The position numbers and the translations under genes are program-made. The notes below the pieces were generated by a model. The model had not been told where the DNA came from, made no database searches, and was given only the letters and a program-made list of their open reading frames with translations. DNA of 53,825 bases, the filler included, from Sphacelaria rigidula (Eukaryota), in assembly GCA_964200075.2 (NCBI GenBank). It is 5 parts of 5 records of this genome, joined end to end, with 100 filler letters (N's around TTAATTAATTAA, not from the genome) between each part and the next. Parts side by side here need not be neighbours in the genome. Positions count along the whole stretch, not along the records: positions 1 to 10,685 come from CAXNAA020006080.1; positions 10,786 to 21,470 come from CAXNAA020006081.1; 3 more parts are not named here. One strand, given 5' to 3'. Shown one piece after another: positions 1 to 12,337 of this stretch. Position 1 is the stretch's first letter. Each line of letters begins with the position of its first letter.

Positions 1-40
1 ACTCTCAATCGGATCATCTACTCTCAATCTCACGAAAACA
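1..40. mobile_element. Terminal fragment of MITE family C
   Basis: ACTCTCAATCGGATCATCTACTCTCAATCTCACGAAAACA matches the family C TIR. Confidence 0.7.
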
Positions 41-636
41 CTGTTTGTAGTGTTTTAAGTCAACGTTCCTACATGGCTTCTGATAAATTTTCTTCAAGTT
101 GCAGCAAGCGTGAGGGCGTCAAGTAAGGGGTTCCTAAAGCCCAAAATTATACAGCGTGTGACTTTTCTTACACCAGTGGTCATTCCTCTCGTGTGTCTGC
201 GTTCATTCCCTTTGGTCGGTTGTCTTTAGGTTTTCACTGCAGCAATATTTAGCTACTGTTGAACGTCGACGGCTGACCTTCAACAATAGCTAAATATTAC
301 GATAGCTTCTGAACGTTCTTTTCGTCGTCCTAAACGGCGTTTTAGCTTCTAACGTTGTAGCTAGATCGTTATCCGTAAATTGTTGTCATGTTGACATCAA
401 CTGTGCTTTCCTTCATCCACAGTCCTTCACATTTCCGGCTCCGATGTGGTTCTCAATTCAACTCGATAGGTAAGTCTACATGAATTGAAGACTTTGAATT
501 TCAAGATTTTAATTGAACGGCTTTCGATCGTCGCTCTTTCGTGCGCTATTTCGTGCAGCTTTCAAGCAACCGCAACAACGTTGCACCCGTTTCCACGACA
601 GGTGTTCATCTAGACGCCACGAACCTCTCCCACCAA

Positions 637-827
637 TCTGTCCTCCTTCTTTCCAACATCACCGTCACTCTTCGTAACATTTCTCACCAGTCTCAACGTC
701 ATGAGACTACAGTACACCAAAGGACGCGGGGGCCTCCTGCCAAGTCCGTCCTCCTTCTTTCCAACATCACCGTCACTCTTGGTAACATTTCTCACAAGTC
801 TAAACGTCATGACACCACAGTACACCG
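637..827. repeat. Tandem duplication, period 108 bp
   Basis: GTCCTCCTTCTTTCCAACATCACCGTCACTCTT.GTAACATTTCTCAC.AGTCT.AACGTCATGA.AC.ACAGTACACC occurs at about 640 and 748. Confidence 0.9.
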
Positions 828-1576
828 AAGCCCTTGTATACATATAATATATATACATATATATATATGTATATCCATGCGAAAATTGGAAATGAAGAAA
901 GGTTGGGTGGTCCTTCTTGTGCGGCAACGGCGCGACAAACGCAAGCAAATTCATGAAACCGAACACCGCAAAACGCACTAACGAAACAGTCTATATCGAC
1001 CACGAGTTGAACAAAAAGTAGTCGAATAGTGCACGATCTATGGCACGACTTACACTTGTTTGCCCATGCCACAGGACCCCTGTGTCCAGACTCCAACCCA
1101 CAAGCAGTACAAGGTACCTTGAAGGCGAGCAGTACAAGGTGGCTTGAAGGCGTTTCCTATGTGATATGTAGCCGAGTGCGATGTGTGGGCCGCCACCGCT
1201 GATAAAACCTCCTTCCGTTGCCCGATATTCGGAGAGACTCATGAAGCACGTGTCTACTGTAGTAGTTCAAGTAGTGTAAGAACGCACCCCCATTGTTTTT
1301 CACATCCTTCGGTTCCTTTGTCTCGATAACCGCGGCGACCACACGCGGCGGGAAGCGGTATAAAGCGGCAAATCTCCTTCCACATCTTACCGGTTAACGG
1401 AATATCTCAAGGGGAAGGGTCTAAGGTCTTTTGTTGCTTTTATTCCTGAAATTGAGGCTGAAAAAGATACATCATCACTCCTGGGCGGGTGGTGCTCTCG
1501 TCAGCTGCGGTACTATAATACATCGGTAGCAGCCTAGGAAAGTCATTCTGCATCAAGTAATTTTGCATATCCTCAC

Positions 1577-1613
1577 CTCGGCTTGCAGGCGCTGCCCTAG
1601 AAGTTCAGGATCT
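1577..1613 (-). CDS. Exon 3 (37 nt) of the plastid PDZ-like protein; gene is 3'-incomplete
   Basis: Acceptor GCGCAG|, donor GAG|GTGAGG. Phase-2 entry gives ...LEIVFR-DPELLGQRLQAE in frame. Confidence 0.7.
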
Positions 1614-3075
1614 CTGCGCGCCACCGAGACAAACAGATGTACATACCGACGGGGGGAAAGGCCCAAAACATTTGAAACGGATAACGACAGACAGTCAGAG
1701 CGAGTGCATGAAAGGAACGTTCCTGCTCAGGTGGGAGCGGGTGTGTGAGAAAACCCTTGCGAGTGAGGACGTCGGGACATCTCTTTACTTTGAGTGGTGA
1801 CTAAGCTACATGGTGGGCTTATACCATATCTAAAAACGCCTTCATGGAAAACCACAATACACCCCCTGATCGTTGTTGACACTCGAGATGAAGCGACGAC
1901 TCGACCAGCATGTGCTATGTATGCTTGCCACCAGCAGGGCAGACGAAACATTTGTTGTGCACCGAACGCGAGAAACGCAAATTGTCGACCCCTCCCTTCC
2001 CTTCCCCTCCGCCCCCCCCTTCGAACTTCGGCGGACATTTGATGAGGAGCTCGCGAAATTAGCCAACCCCTTGAGTGCAAAGATGGGCACACTTGGGGTT
2101 GTGTACTGGTACCAGTATACGTCATCAATACATTGGCATATTGTATACGGTATTGATCAACAGCGGTACCAATATACCAATATATTTTCACCGATGATGT
2201 TGATATTTTCTGCTGACTGCACGCATGTTGCGGCCATTCTCCAATCAACGATATATACGCAGCCCGCGATCGTAGGCCTAGCTAATCGCGTGCGTCTGCG
2301 GTAGCTTTCTGTTTCTCACAATGTCAAGACTGTTTGCATACTTGAGTCGGAAATCTTGAGAAAAAGTGATTATTTTAACTTTTTTCTGCTTTTCCCTCTG
2401 GATTTTCTTGGCAAAATTGAATTTTTGTTCGCAAAACGCTGCCCTTGGGCGATGTAGCTAGAACACATAGCTTCCTTGCCTCTGGCGGGGGACCCTCGGC
2501 GATCTCACTAGCCGGGGGGGGGGGGGGGTTACATTCTCGCGTGGCCGTTGCGCCGCCCCCTCACCGATATGCTGGCGGTGGTGGGGTATCGGTGGTGGGA
2601 CGACNNNNNNNNNNAATACGCTCCCCTTGGGTGATGTAGCTAGACCACATGGCTTCCTGCCCCCTGGCGGGGGCCCCCGGGGGCTCCCACTGGCGGGGGG
2701 GGGGGGGGTTACATTCTCGCGTGGCCGTTGCGCCGCCACATCACCGATATGCTGGCGGTGCTAGTGTATCGATGGTGTGACGACGTATTACAGCGCCAAT
2801 CTCTCAATATGCTTGTCACGACAAAATCGACCAAAACACCGTTCTGAATCATATTCCACTTGTTGAACCGACATCTTCATATTTAATTTGTAGCATAATT
2901 TATTGTCGAGATCAAAAGATTCAACTGGGCTTCATAAAAACAAAACGCGAATGAATTTTCACGTACGGCGATATCGACTATCTAACAATATTTTCTTTAC
3001 ACCTCTAATGACAGACGGACGTGCTTTTGGTCCTTGAAACTACCACCTAGCCTCGACTTACGTTTCTGGACACAC

Positions 3076-3227
3076 CTGAAAACGATTTCTAACGGCCGTG
3101 GAGACGTGCGAATGAGCTGCGCCACTTCCTTTGGCTCGAGCAACGCCGCTGGCGAACCCGCAACGGCCGACACACCCAAGCCCGGGTGTATTCTCGGCTC
3201 TCGAATTGCTTGCGATTTCTCGACGAC
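3076..3227 (-). CDS. Exon 2 of the plastid PDZ-like protein
   Basis: Acceptor TTACCAG|, donor AG|GTGTGT. Reads VVEKSQAIREPRIHPGLGVSAVAGSPAALLEPKEVAQLIRTSPRPLEIVF(R), resembling a PDZ C-terminal half. Phase 0 in, phase 2 out, matching the neighbouring exons. Confidence 0.85.
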
Positions 3228-4819
3228 CTGGTAACAGAGGGGCAGGCAAGCAGGTGCAAGAAAGTAAGAGGCGATATATCGTGCGATAATACAAAAAGAT
3301 ATGTGAAATACTAGTATCTAACGTCTGACTCGGAGGCAGAACTCGTATAGATTCAGCTCCGATTTGTGTTGTGAACCTGTACATTCAAACGCTTCCCGTA
3401 TCGTGGACAACACCGGGGGAAGCAGAGTTTGTAAGCGGGAAAAGTTTGGAGGTATTCACTGTCACCACCAACTACAGATTGCCGATGTGTGGGACTGTTG
3501 GGGGGGGAGAATAGAAACTATAGATGCCCGACACAGCCGTCTCCACAAGAGTTTCCTCTAATTACACCCAGCAACAGTAGAGCCGTGTGTTATATCGCGG
3601 TTTCGTGGAAAACGAGTGCAATAGCGGGCGCCTAGCAACGGGCTGATCCACGGATTGTACGCACGCCGTGACCTTTGCACACACATGCAACCTGCGCGCA
3701 TCCTAATCTTCCAACTGCCGACCGCGATGTTGTCATCACAGAATGAAGTGACCCTCTCCAGCTCCCCGCGGCATTAGTACGGCATTAATGGCAAGAAAAA
3801 AAAACTCAAACCGCATCTGCCTTTTGAGTACGTCTCTGGTTCTCCAGGATGCGTTGTGCCTTGAGATCGACACGAGCTGCGTGCCTTAACTCCCGATTTA
3901 GCTGGCTGCTTTGCTCAAAGCGCGAGATCACGACAAAAGATCTGGACATCTTTTTTTTGTCGTCAGATGTTCGCTCAGACCCGCCGACGAGTAGTGCAAC
4001 TGGCATGAGATCAATACTGATATTGGTACCGCATATACTCTTAGTAAGTATCATCATAATATGCCCTGAGCACGATGCTAAAAACTACTGCATTGGTTCC
4101 CGAAGGGTTACACGTATATTTACCGTGACACCCTTTGTCAATATACCCACATTTACTTCGTTCTTCTTCAGCGAGTGTTTCAGTCTTGTTTTTTATCGGG
4201 TACGTCCATAGTATCATATGGATGATGGCCACGGCTGGATCATGACTACCTGGGCGATCAGGTAAAGTGCGCCAATCAATCAACCAGACCCCCGGGTATC
4301 ATATTTCAAACTCGATCTTCTTCAGGCAAATTGTCAGACTCGAGCACACGAGCCATTGCTCGTTGTGAAAAAAAATAATGACTCGAGCACACGAGTCATG
4401 CTCGTTGTGTTTTCAAGAAACATTCACGAGTGCACTCGTTTCGACGAGTAATGACTCGTCCGAAGCATGAATCATTTCTTACGTGAGCTTGGCAAGGCAA
4501 TAATGCCGCGACCCTCCAAGCCAGCACCGTCAAATGAGCGAAGCTCTCGACAATCTTCACGGTATAATTCCGAAGATGGACCTAACATGAACCCATCTGT
4601 GACATGAGCACCGTCGCTATTGACAAAATCAACCTCGATTTTTTTATCAGGGTGTGTGACATTAAAAAATTGTCACCGAAATCGGCGGCATTTTACATCC
4701 GAGAACAAACACGACAGTACAGTATACCGTACTGATCGCTTCATTCAATCAAGGGTAGTTCCATACGACAGATCTCACGGTCCTCGCACGCATCTCCCAC
4801 ACACTCATATAGTGTATAC

Positions 4820-5506
4820 CTCTGTTACGAAAGCTCGGCAGACGCCCGAAGCTTTGAGAGGGTTGTCTCCGAGCTTGATTCCAATCGGCCCATCCCCGAA
4901 TAACATGCCGAACTCATCAGGGCCCACGACGTACTTGGCGTCAGCGGGTGCTGCCGCATCCACCGCCTCGGGTATGGCCACCGCCGCCCCCGTCGCAGCC
5001 ACCCCACTATTCTCCACTCCTGTTATGCTGTCAGCCGGCACAGCGGCCGAGGTAGGCCGTCCACACCCTAGCAACCCTAACCCGCCACCGACCCCGAGCA
5101 AGGCAGAAGAAAAAATGGAGGTTATGGCTCGGGACCTGGTCATTGGCTGGTAAGATCTAGATTTGCCGCTAGTTTCGTATCCGGTGTGAAGCGAAGTGCC
5201 GTAGGATCTTTCCAAGTTGCTGTCTCTCCCCTCGTCCCTTGAGTTCGGGCTGGGAGAAGTAGTGCTGTAGAAGTAGTTGTTGTCATGTCGTTGTCGGTGC
5301 TGTTCTGTCTTGGAGACGCCATCCGCTTGCGAATACGATTTAAGTGTCCCCGCAGGACATGTCACTGCAAGAAGTGTCTTGTCATGTTGTAGTTGATGCC
5401 GAATATGAGTCGGATGTTTGAATGCTGCGGCGCCATTCGAACGACTGCTTGGGGCAATAAGCCCCGCCGCAAGGAACAGTATTTGAAGCGATACAGTAAG
5501 CACCAT
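4820..5506 (-). CDS. Exon 1 of a predicted plastid (likely thylakoid lumen) protein with a PDZ-like region
   Basis: ATG at 5506. Hydrophobic signal peptide MVLTVSLQILFLAAGLIAP is followed by NGAAAF (ASAFAP-like), a Ser/Thr-rich transit-like region, then a second hydrophobic stretch AITSIFSSALLGVGGGLGLLG..PTSAA, then FGDGPIGIKL (PDZ-like). Donor GAG|GTATAC at 4820/4819; 687 nt, phase 0. Confidence 0.85.
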
Positions 5507-6319
5507 GAATGATGTTACGGTACACGGTGCTGTGAATCGTCCAGCCCACTTCTTCGTCTCTACAGTACGGCAGCAGTACGCATGTGCCAGCTGGGTTCGT
5601 GCATGTACGGGACTGTCAGACGATTACTTCCATCCCGCACATGCTTTTGCCTTATTCCAGTCCCCTCAACAGCAGATTTATTGATCCTAAACTGCACCCA
5701 TTTTATTTTGCTACACGTGTTTGTCACTAGATTCTGGGGTTTACTTAGGGAAAAGGTAGATAGTTTCATCTTCGGTGCGTAAGCTATCTATGTTTTACGT
5801 TTTGTATTTGGTCTCCTTTTGACCGCGGGTCTATAACAATCAACAGTGACCTGTGTAGAGTTCAAAAACAAATATACTCGCCGTGTCAGCTATACGAGCT
5901 GGAGAGCAGCTGAGGGCCAGCTGGGGCGATTTGCTGCAGACTGTGGTGCTAGGTGGTGAAGATGGCGTCGTCCGTGCGATTGGGTTCGGATTCTGGAATG
6001 AAACATGCAGCTGTGCTGTTGCATTGCTGTGGGAGATCCCTGCTTTGTAGCACGCAAAAGTGAGACGACTACTTGTGTCATCGTTTGCGGTAGCTGGAAT
6101 GCGGTGCAAGCCTTGAATCAAGGGCGTTGAGATGGAAGCGGCTTGGCCCCACATCCAGTAATGCCACTTGTGTGCCTGTGCATGTCTCATACTACAGCAA
6201 AGTCTGCGTGCGGCAGTCTCTCATCATGGAAGGAGATAAACACCAGACATTTTGTCGGTGTTGCAAATCCTGGGGACTTTTGTTTTGATATATATTGTAC
6301 CCCTAACCTCAAACCTTAA

Positions 6320-6749
6320 CCCTTACACGACGAGAGCACTCGTAGGTCATCTGTTGAATCGGCATCAGTTTCACTTGGAAGAAGTACGCATGATCCAGAT
6401 GGACTACCCTCCTGGCGGTCCAAGGGTTAAGCAGGGAACGTCGTATTCAGACACGGCTATTACTGTTATGTTGCCAGTGGAGTGTGGGTACAACATGACG
6501 CTCGGGCATATATCACTCGCTGCCCACGTTGCCGGCGGATGTACATGCAAGCCTTCCATTGTTGGAACTGCTTTGTATGCCGTGGGTACACTGTAACACC
6601 CTCTGCATTCCCGATGGCACCGATCGCACGGCGACATGAAAAATTGAACGAACCGTTTGACCGCGAGGGTAGATCAACTGGTCATGCAGTAATTTTTCAA
6701 GTGAAATCGGTGTGAATTCAACAAATGACCTACGCTCGCGGTTTAAGGG
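6320..6749. mobile_element. piggyBac-like non-autonomous element (MITE)
   Basis: Left end TTAA|CCCTTACACGACGAG..CGTAGGTCATCTGTTGAAT; right end ATTCAACAAATGACCTACGCTCGCGGTTTAAGGG|TCAA. Imperfect ~40-bp TIRs begin with CCC and are flanked by TTAA/TCAA. Confidence 0.7.
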
Positions 6750-8976
6750 TCAAGGCTCATTATTATAGCCCTTTACGCGTAGTCAAACGAGCACCCGCGT
6801 GAGCACAACAAACGCAAGTGATGGAAGGTCCCACAGCAATAGTATTATAGCAACTATGAGGTTAATCACAACGCGATAAATTGACACCCATGGTGAGTTA
6901 CGTAGAGTGGGTCGGTTCCATCGAAGACTCTAAACGAGAGAAACAACTTCTGGTATCGTGCCGGGGCTTGGCGCTTGCTATCGAAGGTAATTTTGCGCCC
7001 TTTCAGCCTATCTGTATTAGGTGCCCACCCTCACCACCACGTACTTGTCTCATCATGATCTGAATCACTGTCCCTGGCGCGGTAGTGTTTCCAGGTTACA
7101 ACACGACCAACGTTCTCAAGATGGTTTAAGTCCATAGCCGCATGAGTTACAGACAAGTGTCAGTTTCATGGGAAGTACTACTTCATGGGGTCAGCCAAAG
7201 ACTCTTCATCCTGGTGGTGCTAAATATCGTGAACGCCACCGACCATAGTCACCGTGGAGCGGGAAAATTGAAATCGAAATCAAAATTTCACGGACAGTAC
7301 GGATCGTCCGGTAGATGGGCAGAAACAGTAGTTATTATCAGCACCAGAACAAAAGTCGTACTCGATTATACACGCACAAATAATCAGGGAAGCAAGCGGG
7401 GTACTCCCGACCAAAAGTGGTTGTGGATCGCAAAGGAGCGGGGTAGTAGGAAAGAGGAGCAGCGCTCTTTGGCATTGGCTGGCTGTCTGTGCTGCTGCAG
7501 CAGCAGTGTAGTTACCGTCGCAGGCCCTTGCTTTGTGAACTAGGCTGCCGCCAAGCAACGGCCACGCAGGTGTCCCCCACCAATCCACCAGCGGGCGTTT
7601 TTGGCAAACGTGCAGGTGTCTAAGACAAGCCGATACCCACCGTCGGTGTGGGTACAGCGTGATCATTGTCCATGGAACACAACACACGGAGTGGTCAAGG
7701 ATGCGGACAAATACCGTATTGTGTATATACTGCTCAAACCCCCAGATAGTGCATGACTCTTCGTGAATATACAAGTAGACATTGCAGGACAAGGCATGAA
7801 AAGAGCTTCATCAGAACAGTTTTTGACTGGCCGACACTACATCACAGGCCTATACCCGTGGTCCCAAAGCCCGCCTGATTAGGCAAGCCTCTGGCTGGCT
7901 AGGCCAAGCTCGTTGGTAACACATGTCAAAGCGCTGCCCATGGAAGCATCGAGGGGGATGTACAACTGTTTCATCGCAGCCCGGATCTCTTTCGTTTCAC
8001 AGGGTCTTTTTCTCTTCAGGTATCGGAGTTTTTTACAGGTCATCACCCTCCCGCTATTTCACAGGCACCAAAATCTAGTATATGCATACTATACCCAGGG
8101 GCAGTAGCTGTTTGTGCGTGCCCGCTTCTTGTCCTCGCGCATACTGTAATGTACCACTACTCCGACTGTACTATCGGCCGCAGCGCCGCGCTGATTGTCT
8201 GATGAAACATGCGAAACTGTTCAACGGTGGACACGGACTAGCTCTACCGGCCGTGTGTGGAAATTGATTTTCATAACCTCTTCCTTCAACACATGGCACG
8301 CACGTATCACTGGCGTTCCCCGCTGTATGGTTGTCTTGATACAAGTGTAAAAGAACGGACGTGGCCGCGTCGCCTTCAGCTTTTCCATGTTTTCTGCAGC
8401 CTACATGTATCGAGATGCCGTAAAATGGTATCATGCTTTGTGTGCATTTGAGCATCACCTATTGTTTTGCGGTGTGCTCCATGGTATTTGGTGCTGAGTG
8501 ACGTAGTGAAGTTCTTCTTGCGTGGGTGCGAGATTCGTTCCTAGCAAATACACCTCTCTATCGCTTCAGCCATTTGCCACTCTGCCTTACTGCATACTAT
8601 ACGAAAACGCACGCCGATCTTTTCCCTTATCGAATTTTCTTTTTGTCGTCTGGTGTTCACCCCAACTCGGATGATGGTTTCCCACCGTCATTTGTCGAGC
8701 TGCGTATTGGTCACGACGTGTACCGAGCAGCAACGTCACCAACGTAGATTGCTGTCATTATCCACCAGATGTACTCATGTTGTGGACATTTTTCAATACA
8801 CATTTCACGTCAGTTGTCATGGTACAGGATCTCAACCGCCTTCATGTAGAAAGATTCCAAATCACCCGTATTGATAACCAAGTTATACATTAATGCCCAC
8901 CATGTTCTAACGAGAGCTCGTTCTTCCTGTGCGTTCTTGCGTTCGTGCGCGCGTGCGTGGTTGGGTGCCTTATCAG

Positions 8977-9244
8977 GTTGAGGCCGAGTGCCCCTGTGCT
9001 CGGGAAAATGTGTAGACCTGCGTCGAGCTCAAGAAAAAAGTTACTGGCCATCGCGGCTGCAGGACCTAATACTGGAGGGAAGACACGACTTCCGATCGCT
9101 TCCGCCTTGGACGCTGTGAAGAAGAACTCTAGAGCTAAGTTCGACGAGACAGTGGAGTTGGCCATAATGCTCAACGTGGACCCTAGGAAATCCAACCAGA
9201 ACGTGCGAGGAACCGTGCAGCTTCCCAAGGGCACCGGGAAGACG
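8977..9244 (+). CDS. rplA: Ribosomal protein L1 (bacterial-type uL1, probably mitochondrial), internal exon
   Basis: Reads [47 protein letters not shown], the classic uL1 N-terminal motif, preceded by a basic/Ser-rich presequence-like stretch. Acceptor ATCAG|, donor ACG|GTGCGG. Confidence 0.92.
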
Positions 9245-9912
9245 GTGCGGACCTGCCTTGGTTTGTTTTTCGTTTGCTTTCTCTTTTTTATTTTCGTGTT
9301 ACGTTGCGTTGCAATACTCTAGTACCCGGCATGACGGTGTCAACTTCATAGTCCCTTCCCCCTTCTCCCCCCCCTCTTCGTTGTTAACACTGATGATATG
9401 CCAGGGTGGGTCATCTCGGTCTGCGCAGTTTGGTATCGCAGTTTGGATCAGCACTCTCCCCGACGTCGACTCTTGTCATTTATTTTCTGTTTCTTCTTCT
9501 TCTTCTTCTGGTGTTCTAACGTTTTTCACGACAGGAATCAAAGCCGCGTTCTTCTTTTTTTTTTTTTGCTTGAAGGAAACGTGACCCATATACTTACCCC
9601 GCATGCGGCTTAGTGCGCCGATTACCCGAAGGCCCGGCTAGACTGCCAGGGCGTCCGCAAGCTTTGCTCAGAGCAGTGTGAGGGGCCAACCCCCCCAAAC
9701 ACCCTCTCCACTTGACGCGGTGCACGCGCCGCCCTACTCTTGAAAGCTTTGGCTCTAGGATTCTCCCCGCTCAACGGCTGCAGTTGTACCGTTAAACCAT
9801 CGGGGGGGGGGGGGATGGCGTACCTGCTGGTATGCCCTGACAAGGCTGTCCGATTTCTCACCTCTTTTCTTGCCTCCACCCCCATGAAAAAACAACGCGC
9901 GAATTGCCTCAG

Positions 9913-10015
9913 GTGCGAGTTGCGGTTTTCGCTAAAGGGGACGATGTAGAAAAAGCTACGGCAGCGGGAGCGGACATCGTGGGTGGGGAAGACCTTCTGC
10001 AGTCCGTGCTCGATG
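9913..10015 (+). CDS. rplA: Ribosomal protein L1, next exon; downstream exons not found before the linker
   Basis: Acceptor CCTCAG|. Reads [34 protein letters not shown](G), the conserved uL1 'V.VFA.G...A.AAGAD.VG.EDL' motif, in phase with the previous exon. Donor G|GTGGGT. Confidence 0.92.
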
Positions 10016-10160
10016 GTGGGTGGCGATTTCGCAGCTCCTTTATGTATACTCCCTCGACGGGGTAGGTGGAGGGGGGCGGTGTCCTCACAGTATTGCATGC
10101 CGTAGTCACTTGACCATCGATGGAGGGGGTGAGGGGGAGGAGGGAGTGAACTCGAGATAT

Positions 10161-10445
10161 TGCACGCCATAGTCTCATGACCATTGACCTTGCATCCCTA
10201 CAAAGCCGGGATGGAGCACGCCCGGTTTTCGCGGGACCAGGCTCTCAATCACCAAGTGCGAAGCGCCGTGATATGTTCGGCGAGTCGGATGAAGGGTGAA
10301 CTCCATCCTGCCAAGATTATTCAGCCTGAAGCGTACTGATTATCTTGCATGTGGATGACAGCCTAGAACGAGTTGTTTCATTTTCTGGTATCTCCACTTC
10401 CAGAGACAGCGACCGGTTACACACTGCCTCACGGGTGTCTCACAT
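10161..10445 (-). repeat. Dispersed repeat family R (partial copies also at 10628-10685 and 10786-10885)
   Basis: Reverse complement of 24195-24490. Confidence 0.85.
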
Positions 10446-10685
10446 ATCCTTCGCGCGGAGTTCGGGTTCTCCCACCCCGCACAACATGATCTAGCTCGAC
10501 CACCATCATGGTTACCGCAGAAAACGCAAAAAAACGGTAACCTGGTTGCCTAGCTTATGTAGTGAGTGGCGTGTTTTACAGCGTCGTTGCCAACCGACGC
10601 CAACCCATGGGGGGGTGGGGGGGTACTCATGATCATGCATGCCATAGTCACAGGACCATTGACCTCGCATGCCTACAAAGCCGGG

Positions 10686-10785
10686 NNNNNNNNNNNNNNN
10701 NNNNNNNNNNNNNNNNNNNNNNNNNNNNNTTAATTAATTAANNNNNNNNNNNNNNNNNNNNNNNNNNNNNNNNNNNNNNNNNNNN
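10686..10785. other. Artificial contig linker N44-TTAATTAATTAA-N44
   Basis: Seen directly; the 12-mer places stop codons in all six frames. Confidence 0.98.
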
Positions 10786-11045
10786 CATTTGGATGGCATT
10801 CTACAATGATTTGCTTCATTTTCTGGTATTGCCACTTCCAGAGACAGCCACGGCTTATACACTGCCTCATGGGTGTTTCATCATGCCAGGGGGGGCGAAT
10901 GAAACACGACAAAAACTCCACAGTTTTATAGAAACAACCAACGACGACAGTGGCGACCACAGTTCGACGAAATTCAGGTTCAGCAAAAATGTAATGGAAA
11001 AAAAATCGGCTAGAAGTAGCACCGGCACACGACCACATACCCCAC

Positions 11046-11292
11046 CATATAGCGCACTACAATCCATGACCATATGCACCCGCTTAAGGCTCTCTCCACA
11101 CTTCATCAACACTCTATCGTCGTGGATATTCTTCGGGAGTACACCAGGGTGCGGAGCTTTCCTGAGCCGAGGAGCCTCAGCACCAGCAGCCTTCGGTGCA
11201 GTACCTCCTCCTGGTCTTCCGTACACCTCCTCGGCTGTGTGAACCTCGTCTTCCCCTTCTTCGCCAGCCACAGTTCCCCCTGCCGCGGTACC
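11046..11292 (-). CDS. Probable isolated exon of an unidentified protein
   Basis: GC-rich open stretch GTAAGGTVAGEEGEDEVHTAEEVYGRPGG...LRKAPHPGVLPKNIHDDRVLMKCGESLKRVHMVMDCSALY, bounded by a candidate CAG acceptor and a G|GTGGGG donor. No family recognised; acceptor position uncertain. Confidence 0.5.
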
Positions 11293-12337
11293 CTGCTCGC
11301 CGCCGGAACTCCCCCCACGCACCGTTACACGTCAAAGTGAACATGGACTCGACACAAAAAATACTCATGGTGCGTGTTACATGCTCCAAATTCCCCCAGA
11401 AGCTAAACATGTCATGCTTCCGTTCTCAACAGTAGCAAAATAACGGCGATTGTATATTTTGTTGTTGAGCTCTTTCCATGAGGTACACTTCTCCAAGAGT
11501 AGGGCATTTAGTCCGACCTCCGAACTACGTCCAGCTCTTCGTGCCGCGTTTTCCCGGCCGCTGTTCGTCTACCGAGTTTGCTCATGACGAGACACCCCGT
11601 GCACGGACGAGCACATTAATGCGTCAAAAGTGCCGCAAAGCCCAGTCATGCACGACAGTAGTACCCTACAGCAGCCGTTGGAGAACCCACCGAGGCGGCA
11701 GAACAGACAGTGGAATAGCACTACAATTTAACAAGAAGGAGATCGGAACACATGTGTTTTTGGACCAGTGGACCACTACGGAGAAGCTCGAAAACATAGA
11801 ACCATCGATTTTTTGCCTCTGTTGAGATAACAAAAATATGATATTCAAGCATCTTGATTGAGCTTGTTCGAGCACCCTATTCTGTCGATAAACCAGCAGG
11901 GTACACCCGACTCTCAGCTCAAAGTTATGAAGTACCCGATTCTGTCCATATGCGTACCCTACATGTTCACATGTGTACCCTATTTTGCTCAATGGTGATC
12001 CTACCGTGGGTTCCGCGGAGGACGCACCGAACAGTCCCAAATATACCCTATTTTGTCAATCCATACCTTGCCAAAAATTCGCGAAGCCCCACGACCAAGA
12101 AATTGTGGCCTGCTGCTGGATGCTCCACAGACCCGAAAGATCCGACCATGTGTGCAGGGCGCGAACGCCTGTGTGCGGGAGATGACAGATCCAAAGATGT
12201 GTGAGAGGTCTTGCCGCCACACGTCCGCACGTCATCATGTTGAGGATCATAGCGTAGCGGCCTCTGAGGTTAGTGGATCGGGATGAACCGTGACCATATG
12301 CAGCTGTTAGCGACCATATTATAGTGGTATACGAGTC

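Noticed and set aside
610-830. Duplicated exon of the plastid PDZ-like gene
   Set aside because: No convincing phase-0 acceptor and donor pair continues the reading frame from exon 3; treated as a simple tandem duplication.
2440-2785. ~180-bp tandem duplication around a 10-N gap (similar case at 44920-45180)
   Set aside because: The copies straddle small scaffold gaps next to poly-G/C runs, so an assembly artefact cannot be excluded and copy number is unreliable.
10350-10885. Sequence similarity across the first linker as evidence of true adjacency
   Set aside because: Both sides are copies of the high-copy repeat family R.
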